Source: Lama glama
Taxonomy: Eukaryota
Direction of reading: 5' to 3'
DNA length: 64,000 bases
Assembly: GCA_028534125.1 (NCBI GenBank)
Contig: CM052817.1
Location: 4,528,001-4,592,000, forward strand
Shown: in pieces, positions 38,151 to 51,025 of the stretch
How the letters are laid out: each line of letters opens with the position of its first letter
Position numbering within the stretch: position 1 is the stretch's first letter
Notes under the pieces: model-generated
The model's input: the letters and a program-made list of their open reading frames with translations, nothing else
What the model was told of the DNA's origin: nothing
Database searches by the model: none
Translations under genes and position numbers: made by a program

Positions 38151-39379
38151 GTAAGCCACCGAAGGGCCTCCCCTAGACGGTCAAGGTGAGAGTTTAGAGG
38201 AGTTCATGTGTGTTGAGCAGCTTACACAGGTGAGTGCCCCACCAGAGTGTAGCGGCTGACAAAAAACAGCTGGACTGTTGGCCGGAGTTCTGTGTGACTG
38301 TAGATTTAACCTCTTTCCCCTTCACCCTGCCCCTGCCTCTGTGGTCCCTTACTGGGAAGGCTCAGAGCTCGGCTGTCACCCTAGATTTCCCCTCCCCCTC
38401 CACCCAAAACTGGTCACCAGTCCTACTGCCTTTTCCTGTTTATCAGCTCTGATACCTGCCCCTCCCCCTCCTCCACTGCATCCCTAGGTTCACTCCCCAC
38501 CCCTCAGCCTCTGGCCTTTGAGGATGGTTCCTATGGGTCGCCCCCACCCCCTAATTTGTGCTTTTTTCCATCCATTTCCCCAGGCCTCTAGGTGACTTGT
38601 CCAGGGCATACACCTGACTGCTTCCCTCCCCTGCTAACACACCTCGCACCCTGACCCCTGTAACAAACCCAGGCTTCTGTTCCCGGGAACATCTGTCCAG
38701 CGATCTGGCCCATCGCTACCCCAGGGTCCTCCCTCCCAGCACTCCCCGAGGGCCTGGCTCCGCTTGTCCTGTTGAGTTCTCTACCTTTAGCCCCAGTACC
38801 TGCTACACTTGCTAGGGGTTTTTTAGGTCTCTTAAATGAAATTTCCCCTCACTTTCTATTATTGTTAGATTTTCAGTAGAGAAGGCAGAATAATAATACT
38901 CTGTCAATTTACTGAGCTTTTATAAAGCTCACGACTGAATATTTTCACAAAGTCCTTTCACCTACTCCTGTCCAGTGAGGTGGAAAGTATCTGGCCCATT
39001 TTGCTGATGAGAAGACTAAAGCCCAGGGGGCCTGTCCGGTTCTTTCCTTTGGGAAGCCAGCGCCAGTCCTTTCTGGTGAATATTTGTTGCTAGGCTCTTC
39101 AAGACAGTGCTTTGAACACCAGAACACATATGCTCATGTTAACATTTTATCTATCCTCTCCTGCAAAGGGGAGCCAATAGCCAGTTACAGCCATCTCCCA
39201 GATGTTCTAAAACTGCTATGCCCAATACAGGAGCCCTGGCCACGCTGTTTCAGGTCCTCCCAGGCTCCGTGTGCTGGCAGCTGCCGTATTGGACAGCCCA
39301 GACCATAGAGCATTGCCAGGGTTGCAGGAAGTCCTATTGGAAACTCCTTGCAAGGAGAGAAGCAGTGAAGGGTTGAGTA

Positions 39380-40570
39380 GACAAGAGGTTTCTGAGTGTT
39401 TATGGAAGGCCCTGTGTGTCCCAGACTCTCTTCTGGGTGCTTGAGATAGAAGAGAAGAGGCAGTCTCTGTTCTTAAGGAACCTGCACTCGTGGGGCGGGA
39501 GGAAGACGCTAACGGCATTAACCTGCAGTGCGGCAGTTGTGGTTCAGGCTGTGGAGAGAAATGCGGCGGGCAAAGTGGGCTGAGAGAGAGGGCCTTGGTC
39601 CAGACGGGGTGGTCGGGGAGGATGCTTTGAGGAGCTGACAGGTGAGCAGAGCCCTGGATGGAATGATGGAGGGGCTCGGGCGCTGCTGTGAGAAAAGCAT
39701 TTCAGAGTGAGATGGCAGTGAGGACAAAATGATGTGCTTCGTGGGGTCCAGGACCAGCCAGGAAGCTGGTGTGGTAGGGGCAGAGGGTGGGGTGGGGGGA
39801 GGGGAGGGGGAAGTGCTGAGGCCAGAGGGTAAGGAGGGGCCAGATCAGGAGGCCCGCTGGGTCATGGTTAAGGCTGGTTGTTATTTTGAATTAGATGGAA
39901 GCCAGGGATGGGTTTTGAGCAGAAAAGTGACCGGCTCTGAGTCATCTTTTTAAAGCATCCCTGTGGCAGGTGTGAGGACAGAGGACAGAGGTAGAAGTAA
40001 AAACTGAGAGAGGAGGCAGATAGGGGACCAGGCAGACAGTGGAGATGAAGAGGAGTTGTTGAATTTGGGGTGTATTGTGAAGGCAGAGCCGGGGGAGTGT
40101 GCTGGGATTGAATGTGAGTTGAGAGACAGAAAGAGAGGTCAAGGATGAAACCAAGGACTTGGGCTTCAGCAGATGGAAGAACATAGATACCATTAGCTAA
40201 TACGCGGAAGCCTTGGGGAGGCAGCCAGGAATTCTTATTTGGTCCTGTTGAGTTTGACAGGCCTGTGAGGCATCGAGGTAGGGGTGCACAGGAGGGTGGT
40301 GGGTGAGTGAGCCTGGATCTGGGGGAGAAATCTGAGCTGGAGAGCTGCGATACTGGGGAGTGGTCAGGGTACATGCCTTTAACCCCAGAGGGCCTGGCTG
40401 AGTTCCCTGGGAGTAAGTATTGATTGGGAAGACTGAGGTCTTCGGACAGGGCCCTGGAGCAGCGCCTGGGCCAGGCCAGCAAAGGAGATGAGAAAGTGTG
40501 GCTGATTTTGCAGGAAGGGAACCGAGGCTGTGACCCACAGGTCAAGGGAGGAAGGTGCTTCAGGGAGAGG
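39380..40570. mobile_element. L2 LINE fragment
   Basis: L2-type motifs gatggaagccagggatgggttttgagcagaaaagtgac and agagaggtcaaggatgaaaccaagg. Confidence 0.7.
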
Positions 40571-40579
40571 GGCTCACAG

Positions 40580-41064
40580 TAGGCAGCACAACGGCCCCCC
40601 CACCTGCTGACCCCTGGAGCCTGGGAACGTGTCACATCACAGGGCAAAGGGAGACAGACGTTGCAGATGGAGGTTGCTAATCAGCTGACCTTATCACAGG
40701 GAGCTCTCCTGGGTTATCCTGGTGGTCCCAGTGTAATCCCAAGGGTCCTTACAAGTGGAAGAGGGAGGCAGGAGAGAGTCAGGAAGAGATGTGAGATTAG
40801 AAGGTCAGAGGGATCCAATGTGAGGCCTCAACCTGCTCCTGCTGGCTTTGAAGATAGAGGAAGGGCCATGAGTTAGGAGTGTGGGCTGCCTCTAAGGCTG
40901 GAAGAGGCTCTCCCAGAATGCAGCCCTGCAGACACTTTGATTTTAACACAGTGAGAGCCACGTTGGACTCATGACTTCCAGAACAGTACAGTAATAAACG
41001 TGTGTTGGTTTTAAGCCACTCGGTCTGCAGTGGTTTGTTACAGCAGCCGTGGGATGCTAATACA
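40580..41064 (+). mobile_element. MaLR (MLT1C/D-like) solo LTR
   Basis: Motifs ctgggttatcctggtggtcccagtgtaatcccaagggtccttacaagtggaagaggg and tttaagccactc; ends in gctaataca. Confidence 0.8.
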
Positions 41065-42424
41065 CTCACACATCCAGGGCTGCTGGTGGTGAGTCGCGTG
41101 CAGTAAGAGTGGAGACCTGGCTGTGACATGAGGCCTTGTAGACGTTATGGTGACCTTGTCAGGAGCTGTGTCACCCTGGAGAGAGGGATCACCAGGAGGG
41201 GAAGGCTGGACATTGGAGGATGATATTGACTGGCGGCTGGCATGGTCTCTGTGGGAGCAGGCGGCTCATGGTGGCCAAGGGGCCCCGGGAGAGGCACCCT
41301 CAAGCTAGTGACCGCTAGGAACCTGTGAGACCTCAGGGAGCCAAAGCCAAGTGTCCCTGGCACTAGGGCCCCCAGGGGGCTCCCTGGGACCCTGGGATCC
41401 TGCCTCTCCCCCTCGAGTAGAATCTTCTGTCGGGAAGGAAGCCTTTGCCCCTCTGGGGGTCAGGGCAGCGTCTGCTTTGCTCACCACGTGGTGCCTAGCA
41501 CAGAGCCTTCCGTGCGTAAAATGCTGGGAGGAAAAATGGATGGAAAGTTTCAGGGGCAGGGGCGGCACAGGTGGATGGTTGTGTGGGGGCTGGGTGCAGC
41601 ATGGCGCTGCCCGTTCACCCCAGAGACCTCACAAATGAATTGTAGGTGTGTTTTTTTTTGTTGTTAACAGATTTCAGTTTTTAGAACAGTTTTAGATATT
41701 AGAAAAATTGTACACGTGGTACAGAAAATTCATATGTATCCCCTCCAGTGCACACAGTTTCCTCTATTATTAACATCTTACATTAGTAAAGTACATTTAT
41801 TGCAGTTAATGGTCTAACTGATTGATATAATTGATATATTACTGTGAAAGTCCATAGTTTTTTTGGATTTCCTTAGTTTTTTTTTTGCCCAACGTCCTGC
41901 ACTGTCCCAGGGTCCCATCCAGGACACACATCCCATGTAGGCACCTCTCGGCCGGGACAGTTTCTCAGACTTTCTTGTTTTGATGACCTTGGCAGTCTGG
42001 AGGAGGACTGGTCAGGGATTCTGTAGGGTGCCGTCTGCTGGGATTCGTCTGAGTACCTGCTAGCAACCTGATTCATTACTGTTGGTGTTGACCTTAAACT
42101 CTTGACTGGACTAGCGTTTCTCCACCATGAAACCAGCCTGCACTGTACTTGTTAGAAGGAGGTCACTGTGTTAGAAGGAGCAGCCTGGATGGATGTTCTT
42201 AAGATTTTTTTCCTGCCAGATGGCAGCAAAAACATATTCCATCCACATCAGTGTCTGACACGCGGCATTCTTCTTCTGAAGAGGCACCTCTTTCCACTTT
42301 GTGGAAGACTATAGACTAGTGGTTGTCCTGGCCACACACACCTGTTCCAGAAGGACTTGGGGACAACGTTTGCACTGGGCATGAGGGACCTGGGAGACCC
42401 CAAAGGAACAGGCATGGCTCCCAT

Positions 42425-42961
42425 TGTTACCCCAAAAGAGGAAGGAAAAAGACCTCAGTTTTTGTCTTACCTGAAAGAGAAGAATTCAGACGGGAGCAAA
42501 AGATTTTAAAGGTTTTCTTAGCAAAGGATGAGTACGCCTCCAAGAACGGGGTGCGGGCTGATCCAGGGGCCGACAGTGGTGGTCTTTGTTTGGCCCCCTG
42601 TCTTGTACCCTCACTTAGAGGTGGTCTCTTGGTTGATTGGCAGCTCTTGCCCCTGGAGTGCTGGGTCATGCTCATCCCATTTGGTGCATGTCCTTACCCA
42701 TGATGCACATAGGAAAGCCCACAAGGGGGCCTAAACCGCCATGCTAATTACATTACAGTGAGCATTAGGTCATGTCCGGTTAGGTCCTCAACGCTGCTGC
42801 ACGGTGGGGGCTTTCGGGTTCTAACCGGTTTCTTGCTGACACTCATTTAGTGGAAGTAAAAGTTCCTTTATGCTGAAGGTAGGCATACTGCCATCCTCCA
42901 GACCATCCTCCCTGACCTGCACCTGTCTGCCCGGTGCCCCCACTTACCTAACTACCTGACG
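42425..42961 (-). mobile_element. ERV1-like solo LTR with 4-bp TSD (CCAT) in EVC2 intron 1
   Basis: ccat|tgttac...cctgacg|ccat, 537 bp; the terminal CA reads CG. Confidence 0.75.
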
Positions 42962-43519
42962 CCATCACTTAGTCTTTGTTATTATTGTTGTTGCAATGAC
43001 GCATGGGTGTGATTCTCCTCCTGCCAGAAATGAAGCAATACAGGTGGCCTGCAGGCAAGGGAGTCTCTAGCCGCTGGCTGCTCACACCCTCGTTCCCCAA
43101 GGTCCCCAAGGCTAACACTTCAGCATACGCCTTGCTAGGCTTTTAAAAATAATAGTTATGATATACGATATTATATTTTATACTGTTAAATATGTAATTA
43201 TTTATTAAATGCATAAATAATTAGTATTAAATATGTTATTAAATATCTATATACATCTTCCAAATTATTAAATACATAAACACGTAAGTATAGATATAAT
43301 AAAGTAACTATAAACAAATGTAATTTATATGAAAAGTACTTGAGATAAATACGTAATATATAATTGTAAATGTATGCTAATATATTCAACGTATAAAAAT
43401 GCCATTTTTCTTAAACAGCATCATATTAGTCATAATTTTTTGACCTACTGACTTCACTTGACATGTTAAGAGTTTCTTCTACGTAAACATAGATCTGCCA
43501 CATTTGTTTATTTGCTTAT

Positions 43520-44020
43520 TCATATTTGTAAGTGTGGTAAAATACACATCACAAAATTGACCATGGTAACCGTTTTTAGGCGTGTAGTTCAGCACTGGTA
43601 AATACATTCACACTCCTGCACTCGCATCTCCAGAGCTCTTTTCATCTTGTGAAACTGAAGCTCTGTCCCCCTTAATCAACAGTCCCTCATCCCCCCTCCC
43701 CCAGTCCCTGACAGCCGCCATCCTATCTCTGTCTCTGAATTTGACAGACCTCCCGCAAGCGGAGTCATACACTCTGTCTTTTTGTGACTGGCTTATTTCA
43801 CTTGGCCTGGTGTCCTCAGCTTTCGTCCTTGCTACAGCAGGTGACAGGATTTCCTTCCTTTTTAAGGCTGAATCATAGTCCCTTGTATGCCTGGACCACT
43901 TTTGCTTATCCATCTATCCTAGGTTGCTTCCACCTTTTGTCTTTTGTGAATAATGCTGCTGTGAACATGAGTGTACAAATATCTGTTTGTGGCCCTGCTT
44001 TCAGTCCTTTTGGGTAAGCC
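43520..44020 (-). mobile_element. L1 (L1MA/MB-like) 3' fragment
   Basis: Minus-strand ORF2-like peptides DYDSALKRKEILS and CTLMFTAALFTKDKRWKQP. Confidence 0.85.
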
Positions 44021-44444
44021 CCTACGTGCTGTAAGGAATAATCATGTAGCTTAAATGGGGTGTTTTGATGATCAGTCAGTTGTGGAGACAGAGTAACACC
44101 CCAAAGAGGCACACGAAAGTGGAAGATTGATGACACTCACCATGTCTAAGGCATACTACACCCAGGGCCAGGGTGGGGCTGGGGGTTGCTCAGCCAGGCA
44201 GGTGGGGAGCGGAGCCAGCCGGAGGACCTGTGGGCCGGCGCCTTTATCAGGGGTCAGGGGAGTGTGCAAGCAAAGGGCGGGAGGGTTTTTCCCTGGTGCC
44301 TTTGTCACTAGATCACAGTCAGGAGGGTAGGAAGGGGAGCTTGTGGCCGGACCCGCCCTCTCACCCTGGTGCTGCTGGGCATCTGGGAGGGGGCTCATGA
44401 TCTGATCGTTGGGGTGTCAGGGCAGCAGGAAAAGGTGAACTTGT

Positions 44445-44735
44445 GTTTATTTATTTATCTATTTATTTATTACTATGATTACACATATTATGTATTATTT
44501 TTATTTTACTATGTATTGATACATTAGTAATTACTTCTTATTTCTTATGTAATATGTTATTACATTGTTTTAATTTTATTTTTATTGTTATTTATGTCAT
44601 GTCTTATATATTTTATATTATATTACTTATATAATATAATATGCAATATTTTATTGTTATTAATATTATAAATATTATGTATCATTAAATTATTTTATAT
44701 AATTATTTATTTATACACTTATTTATTCAAAGTTT
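44445..44735. repeat. AT-rich low-complexity tract (a similar one lies at 43140-43400)
   Basis: Directly visible. Confidence 0.85.
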
Positions 44736-45519
44736 TAAAAAAGTGCAGTACGCCCTGGAAGGGGACTTGCTGGATCATACTACTTCTTCCTTTTTAGCAG
44801 CTGCATAGTACTCTGTAGGAGAATTCCTCTTTTAAATAGGATTCTTCAGGCTGCTCATCCCAGAAGCACCATATGAACGAGCTGAGATCCAAACTCTGGC
44901 TCTGTAAACTGGGAGTCCTGGGTGGGTTCAGGGCATGACCGTCTGGGTTTAGCTGCACCCTCCTCCTCCTTGTTCTCACCTTCGGCCTGTGTCCTCACCT
45001 GTGTGTCCCGTCACTCCATCTGCGTCCCTCCAGCAGTGGGTGTCATGTTCCAGCCCTGTGGATGGGCCTGGTCATGCAGCTGGGCCTCGTCAGCCCAGCA
45101 GAGTGGCCTTGGCTGGGGACAGTCCAGGGACTGGGGGCCTGTGAGGATCCGGCCGAAGCACAGCCACTCTGTGGCCAAGGGGACAGGCTTGCTCAGACCA
45201 CGAGCAAGGCCGTGGGGAAAGCTTTCCAAGCAGACAAAGACAGTAGCACAGAAATTCCCTTTCAGTCCCACAGAATCTCATGCTTTGCACGATGTCTGAC
45301 CCCCTCTAAACATCGGCCATGTGAACCGGCATCACAGCCGGACCCAAAGCCCGGCCTGAGCATCCCCCTGAGCTCTCACCATCTTCCCTGCCTGTGTGCA
45401 TCCTTTCCCCTTCCATTACGTAGATCCGGCACGTCCAGAATCAGGTTGTCTGGGTTCAAAGCTAGTCTCCACCACCTACTACTTGTGGGACCTGGAGTGA
45501 GTTGTGAGACTTTATCATA

Positions 45520-46019
45520 NNNNNNNNNNNNNNNNNNNNNNNNNNNNNNNNNNNNNNNNNNNNNNNNNNNNNNNNNNNNNNNNNNNNNNNNNNNNNNNNN
45601 NNNNNNNNNNNNNNNNNNNNNNNNNNNNNNNNNNNNNNNNNNNNNNNNNNNNNNNNNNNNNNNNNNNNNNNNNNNNNNNNNNNNNNNNNNNNNNNNNNNN
45701 NNNNNNNNNNNNNNNNNNNNNNNNNNNNNNNNNNNNNNNNNNNNNNNNNNNNNNNNNNNNNNNNNNNNNNNNNNNNNNNNNNNNNNNNNNNNNNNNNNNN
45801 NNNNNNNNNNNNNNNNNNNNNNNNNNNNNNNNNNNNNNNNNNNNNNNNNNNNNNNNNNNNNNNNNNNNNNNNNNNNNNNNNNNNNNNNNNNNNNNNNNNN
45901 NNNNNNNNNNNNNNNNNNNNNNNNNNNNNNNNNNNNNNNNNNNNNNNNNNNNNNNNNNNNNNNNNNNNNNNNNNNNNNNNNNNNNNNNNNNNNNNNNNNN
46001 NNNNNNNNNNNNNNNNNNN
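45520..46019. other. Assembly gap (exactly 500 N) flanked by a 199-bp direct repeat
   Basis: 45321-45519 reads identical to 46020-46218. Confidence 0.98.
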
Positions 46020-46938
46020 GTGAACCGGCATCACAGCCGGACCCAAAGCCCGGCCTGAGCATCCCCCTGAGCTCTCACCATCTTCCCTGCCTGTGTGCAT
46101 CCTTTCCCCTTCCATTACGTAGATCCGGCACGTCCAGAATCAGGTTGTCTGGGTTCAAAGCTAGTCTCCACCACCTACTACTTGTGGGACCTGGAGTGAG
46201 TTGTGAGACTTTATCATAAAATGAGGATGACACGCTGCTGGGTTATCACAAAGATCACTGGTAATTCACCTGGAGTGCACGGCGCTGTGCCGGGCCCATT
46301 TCAAGGGCCCTAGCCACGACATCCTAATGGTGATGATGATTACTGTTATCATTGCCATTTTGTGGTGGAGGGGTCTGGGCCTTTCCAGGGCTCAGTACTG
46401 CACCAAGGTGGAGTGGAGGGGTTGGCTGGGTCCCGTTTGGACAAGTTTTCATCATTGGACGAGGTGAAGCAAGCTAGGAGGAGGCTTCGAGGTCCACACT
46501 TTTCAGAGGAGGGATCTGAGGCTCACAGAGGTTGTGAGACTTGGGCAAGGACACACAGCAAGTAAATGGTTCCAGCTAGAATCCAGTTCTCCGGGTCCTC
46601 AGGCTAGTGTTTTACGTGCTCCTCCATGAAAACTTGCAGGGAAATTCAGAGCCTGAGGTTCCCCCAGCATCACAGGGTTAGTGAAAAGCAACTGGGGTGC
46701 AAACCCAGGTCTGTCTGATTATATGGAATTTCCACGGCTCAGTGCTGCCTCCCTGGACAGTGCCCAGAGATGAAGCTCTGTAATCTGTGCTCAAAGCTGG
46801 GGGGGTGGTCAACTTGGAAAAATTTACATCAAATTCTGGATAGAAGAGATGCAGCTCATCTCCTTTATAAAAGTGACGTTGACCACTTATTACAAGCATG
46901 TCTTCATTCATGCCTTTGTGTCTTTTGAATTATTTTAG

Positions 46939-46993
46939 GACTTGCCCCCTATGATGTGGCCCAGTGTGGAAAGCTCTCACTTTAAGACGACAG
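46939..46993 (+). CDS. EVC2: EVC2 coding exon 2 (55 nt): DLPPMMWPSVESSHFKTT
   Basis: Aligns to recalled human DLPCMIWPKVECCHFKTA. Acceptor ttttag, donor G|gtaaat; phase consistent with exons 1 and 3. Confidence 0.92.
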
Positions 46994-47837
46994 GTAAATT
47001 CTCCTTTTGGTTGATTATTCGTTGTTTTAGCAGGACAAGGGGATGGAGGGAGAAGCTTCCGGGCACATGGCTGCCCTGAAGTGAGGGAATGAGGGTGCAT
47101 CCAAACACTTGGGCAAACATACAGATGACCCGTGTGACAGTGGTGCTGGAGGGGAGGCCGCTGAGTGATGACACAGTGGCTGGTGAAGGACACTTTACAG
47201 CTTGACTTCCTTCTATACTGACAGCAGGGCCTACCCTCCTGCAAGTCTTCATCAGAGGCTGTGGCTGGGCCTTCCGAGGGCCTGGAGGAGCCAGGGGCAT
47301 AGATGCCCCAACCAGAGGTAACACCTGTATTGACCTTAAGATTTTACATCCATGTGCTGATTGGACAGCATTTGTCCCCTAGCCTGAGTGGCTGGGCTGT
47401 CCAGAGGCGGGCGTCCAGTCCCGCTTATGCGATTGACCGAGACAATCCTGACTGAGCAGCTGGCCTGGGAGGGCACCTGCCTGTTTCCATGGCGAAGGCT
47501 GTCAGTCCCCCCATGCTTACCTTTGTCCCCATTCCGACGTCCTGAGCTGAATCAACCACAGATGATATTCTAGGGAAAAAGATGTTGATTTTATCTAGGA
47601 TTCAGTTCCGTGTCTTTTTTTTTTCAAATTTTAATTTTTTCCTACACATATTTAGAAACTCTGTAAAGGTTTCAAAAGCACTTCTAAAGACCTTGCTACC
47701 AATATGCTGTGTGAGAAAGACTGAAAAATAGACTTCATGCTCAGTCAACATACAATTTGTATTTGGATGGAAGAGAAACGTCGAAAAGGCACAGCTCCAC
47801 AACTCAGGTCCCTTCGAAACATACATTTCTAGCTTGA

Positions 47838-48447
47838 TTTTTTTTTTAAATTAAAGTTTAGTCAGTTTACCATGTTGTGTCAATGTCCGGTGTATAGCAT
47901 AATGGTTCAGTCATACACATACACACATTTTCCTTTTCATTATGGGTCACTGTCAGGTATTGAATACAGTTCCCCCTGCTACACAGTAGAAACGTGTTGT
48001 TTATCTATGTTATATTTCTGCAAATCTGCAAATCTCGAACTCCTAATTTATCCCTTCTACCCTCTTTCTGCCGGTAACCATAAGTTTGTTTTCTATGTGA
48101 GTCTCTTTCTGTTTTGTAAATAAGTTCATTTGTCTCATTTTTTTTAAGATTCCACGTATAAGCGATAGCATATGGTATTTTCCTTTCTCTTTCTGGCTTA
48201 CTTCACTTAGTGTGATGATCTCCAGGTCCATCCATGTTGCTGCACATGGCATTATTTTATCATTTTTATGGCTGAGCAGTATTCCAGCATGTGTGTGTGT
48301 GTGTATCACAACTTCTTTATCCAGTCATCTGTCGATGGACATTTAGATTGCTTCCAGGTCTTGTAAATAGTGCTGCTAGAAACATTGGGGTGCATGTGGT
48401 TTTTTGAAGGAGAACTTCCTCCGGATAGATGCGCAGGAGTGGGATTG
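47838..48447 (-). mobile_element. 5'-truncated LINE-1 (ORF2 end plus 3' UTR)
   Basis: Peptide KNDKIMPCAATWMDLEIITLSEVSQKEKGKYHMLSLIRGI; colinear with the 10101-10759 copy. Confidence 0.9.
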
Positions 48448-49286
48448 TCTAGTTTTAAGCACTTATTGCTCATAAGCACTTTCACACACAGCGTGTCATT
48501 TCCCTTCTCCTTAGGCAGCCCTGTCTGATGGATGTTTTCACCACATCCCCAGTGAGGGAAACTGAGGCTCAGAGCACTCAGCTGACCTGCCCGGGGTCAC
48601 ACAGCTGATTAGCATTAGAGCAGCTTCCACTCAGGACAACTCCTCACACCCCAGCCAGCACCTCTTAAGCGACATTTCTGTGCTACACATGGTGCTTATG
48701 AATTTTCAAAATTCTAGAGGGAGCAGTCCACGTGGGGTAGTTCAGCAGGCGCTGCATCTGGCAGTGGTCAGACCCTCCTTGTAGTAATGATCAGTGTCAC
48801 TCGCAAAAGAGACAGGGCCTCCGAAGGACAAAGCAAGGTAAAACTTACCCTTCTCTCCACTGTGGAGTTAGGGAAACTGAAGCCCAGAGGGGTTAGCTGG
48901 CTTTCCCACCGACACAGCTGGGGAGAGGCAGAGCCAGATTTGAACCCAGGGCTGTCTGATGCCCGGTGGGTAAGAATCACCCAGAGCACCTCCCTTGCCC
49001 AGTGGTTCTGATTCGGCAGGTCTGGTGTGGGGCCCAGGATGGACACTTCAGCATACAGCCCAGGGAAGGAGCACACGCTGGGAGCGACACTCTCCTTAGT
49101 CTCTAAGCCTCCCAGTGAGAGCATCTCATTTCCTTGGCAGAGAAATGGTAAGGCATTCATTCATTCACTTCCTCCGCCAAGGTTTCCCAGCGCCTTCCGC
49201 GGGCTGTGCGCTTTGCCTCCGGCGTTGAGCCGTTGCGTCGTCCCGCCAGTCTGCAGTATATAATACAAGTTCATTGCACTTTGTAG

Positions 49287-49453
49287 TGGACGCACCATTT
49301 GGACTGAAATTCAATAAGAAAGTTGAGGTCTCGACCCCACCCCGGACTTCTGCAGCCACCAGTGGGTCGTGGCTTCATTCCGTGTTTGCTTTTACAGCCT
49401 CCCGGCCCAGGAAGACCTTGTTTAAAAGAGAGTCTGCTGTAACACATCGCTTG
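49287..49453 (+). CDS. EVC2: EVC2 coding exon 3 (167 nt): (V)DAPFGLKFNKKVEVSTPPRTSAATSGSWLHSVFAFTASRPRKTLFKRESAVTHRL
   Basis: Aligns to recalled human VEAPLGMKLDKKMEV...LFKRESPITHRL. Acceptor ttgtag, donor TTG|gtaagt. Confidence 0.94.
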
Positions 49454-50155
49454 GTAAGTAACGTGTTCGATACTTTAAAAAAGACATCAGAAGTTGTAAA
49501 GAAACCAATTTTGTTCCAAAGATGTAGAGAATGTCACAGGCTTTTGTTCCTCAAGAAAAGCTATTCTTTCACTGAATACAGTTATTAGGAGGGAGCAAAT
49601 CCATTTTTCTTTCGGGAGAGCTGCAGTTTCTGCACAACGTACAGCATTTTGCTGGACGGGACGCGTGAATCTGATCGTCAGGCGGCGTCGCCTGCTGGTT
49701 CTCAAGCAGGGCGAGGGGCTCTGCTCTAACCAGACGGAGTCACCCGCGCCTGTTATAAAAACGCTGCTACCAGTGGTCGTGGCGAGGGTTTAACAAATAC
49801 TTCCAACTTGCCAGGCACGGGGCTTCGCACTTTCAACGCGTGATCTCACTGGAGCCTCATTGCAAGTTCTGAAGCAGGTACTATTTTTGCTCCTGTTTTA
49901 CTGACAAGAAACTGGAGATCGGAGAGATTAGGAGGCTTGTTCTGGGTCCCACAGGTAGAGGTGGCGGAGCTGGGCTTTGGAGCCCCTGCTCGACTGCTGG
50001 CTCCTGAGGATGCTCGCATTCTGTGTGATGTGCTGGCTCCACATCGGGCTGTCTCTCACCTACGCTTCCATGACTTAAAAAGGCTTGAGAACCACTGAGT
50101 TCAGCCAACAGGCTACCATTGCTACAAGCCCCTTCTTGGCCGCCGGCTAAGTGTT

Positions 50156-51025
50156 TGTACAAGTTTCCTAGGGCTGTGTAACAAATTACCACCAACCTGG
50201 TGGCTTCAAACAATGACATTATTCCCTTCCAATTCTGGAAGTGGAAGTCCAAAGTTAGGGTGTTGACAGAGCCACGCTCCCTCCGAGGGCATGTCAGGGA
50301 AAATCCATCTTTGTTTCTTTCAGCTTCCGGTCATGTTCCTGGCTTCTGGCTGCATCACACCAATCTCTGTATTAGGATTCTCCAGAGAGTCATAACCAGC
50401 GGGATGTGTGTATATATACATGTATACACATTCACACACGCACACATGCACATATATATATATGCATATGTGAGGGAGAGAACGGGGGAGATTTATTTTA
50501 AGAAACTGTTCATGTGGTGATGGGGCTGGCAAGTCCGAAATCTGCAAGGCAGGCCGATGTTGCAGCTCAAGTTGGAACGGTGTCTGCCAGAGTTCCCTTT
50601 CCCTCAGGGGACCTCAGTGTTTTTTTGAGAAGTCCTTAACTGATTGGGTGAGGCCCACCCATGTTATAGACAGTTATCTACCTTGCTCAAAGTCCACTGA
50701 GCTAAATGTTGATCTCATCCAAAGAACACGTTCACAGTGACATCAGGACGCATTTGACAGCCAGCTGGCACTAGCCGCTCACTCTCACACTCTGTTTCCG
50801 CCTTCTCATGGCCTCTTCTCTCTGTGTGTGTCTTCTCCCTTTTTGTCACTAATAAGGACCCCTGGCATTGCATTTATGGCCTGCCTCAATCCAGCCCACC
50901 TGCATCCAGAATGATCTCGCCTTGAGAGCCTTTGCTTGATTACATCTTCAAAGACCTTCCAAATAAGGTCACATTCTGTTCCCATGTTCTGGGATTCAGG
51001 ATGTGGAGTAGCCATTCACCCCACC
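50156..51025 (-). mobile_element. MLT1-like LTR split by a nested MLT2-like (ERVL) LTR at about 50368-50789
   Basis: MLT1 sequence stops at ...caatctc and resumes at ctctgtttccgccttctcatggcc. The insert starts tgtattaggattctccagaga and carries a (TA/CA)n tract typical of MLT2. Confidence 0.75.

Noticed and set aside
37363..38176. Long ORFs overlapping EVC2 exon 1 in other frames and on the other strand
   Set aside because: Same CpG-island artefact, with no recognisable homology.
38221..38240. Consensus donor CAG|GTGAGT downstream of EVC2 exon 1
   Set aside because: Using it would include the in-frame stop at 37983-37985, and there is no other support.
45062..46219. 385-aa ORF with an internal repeat
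   Set aside because: Produced by the N run plus the duplicated contig end.
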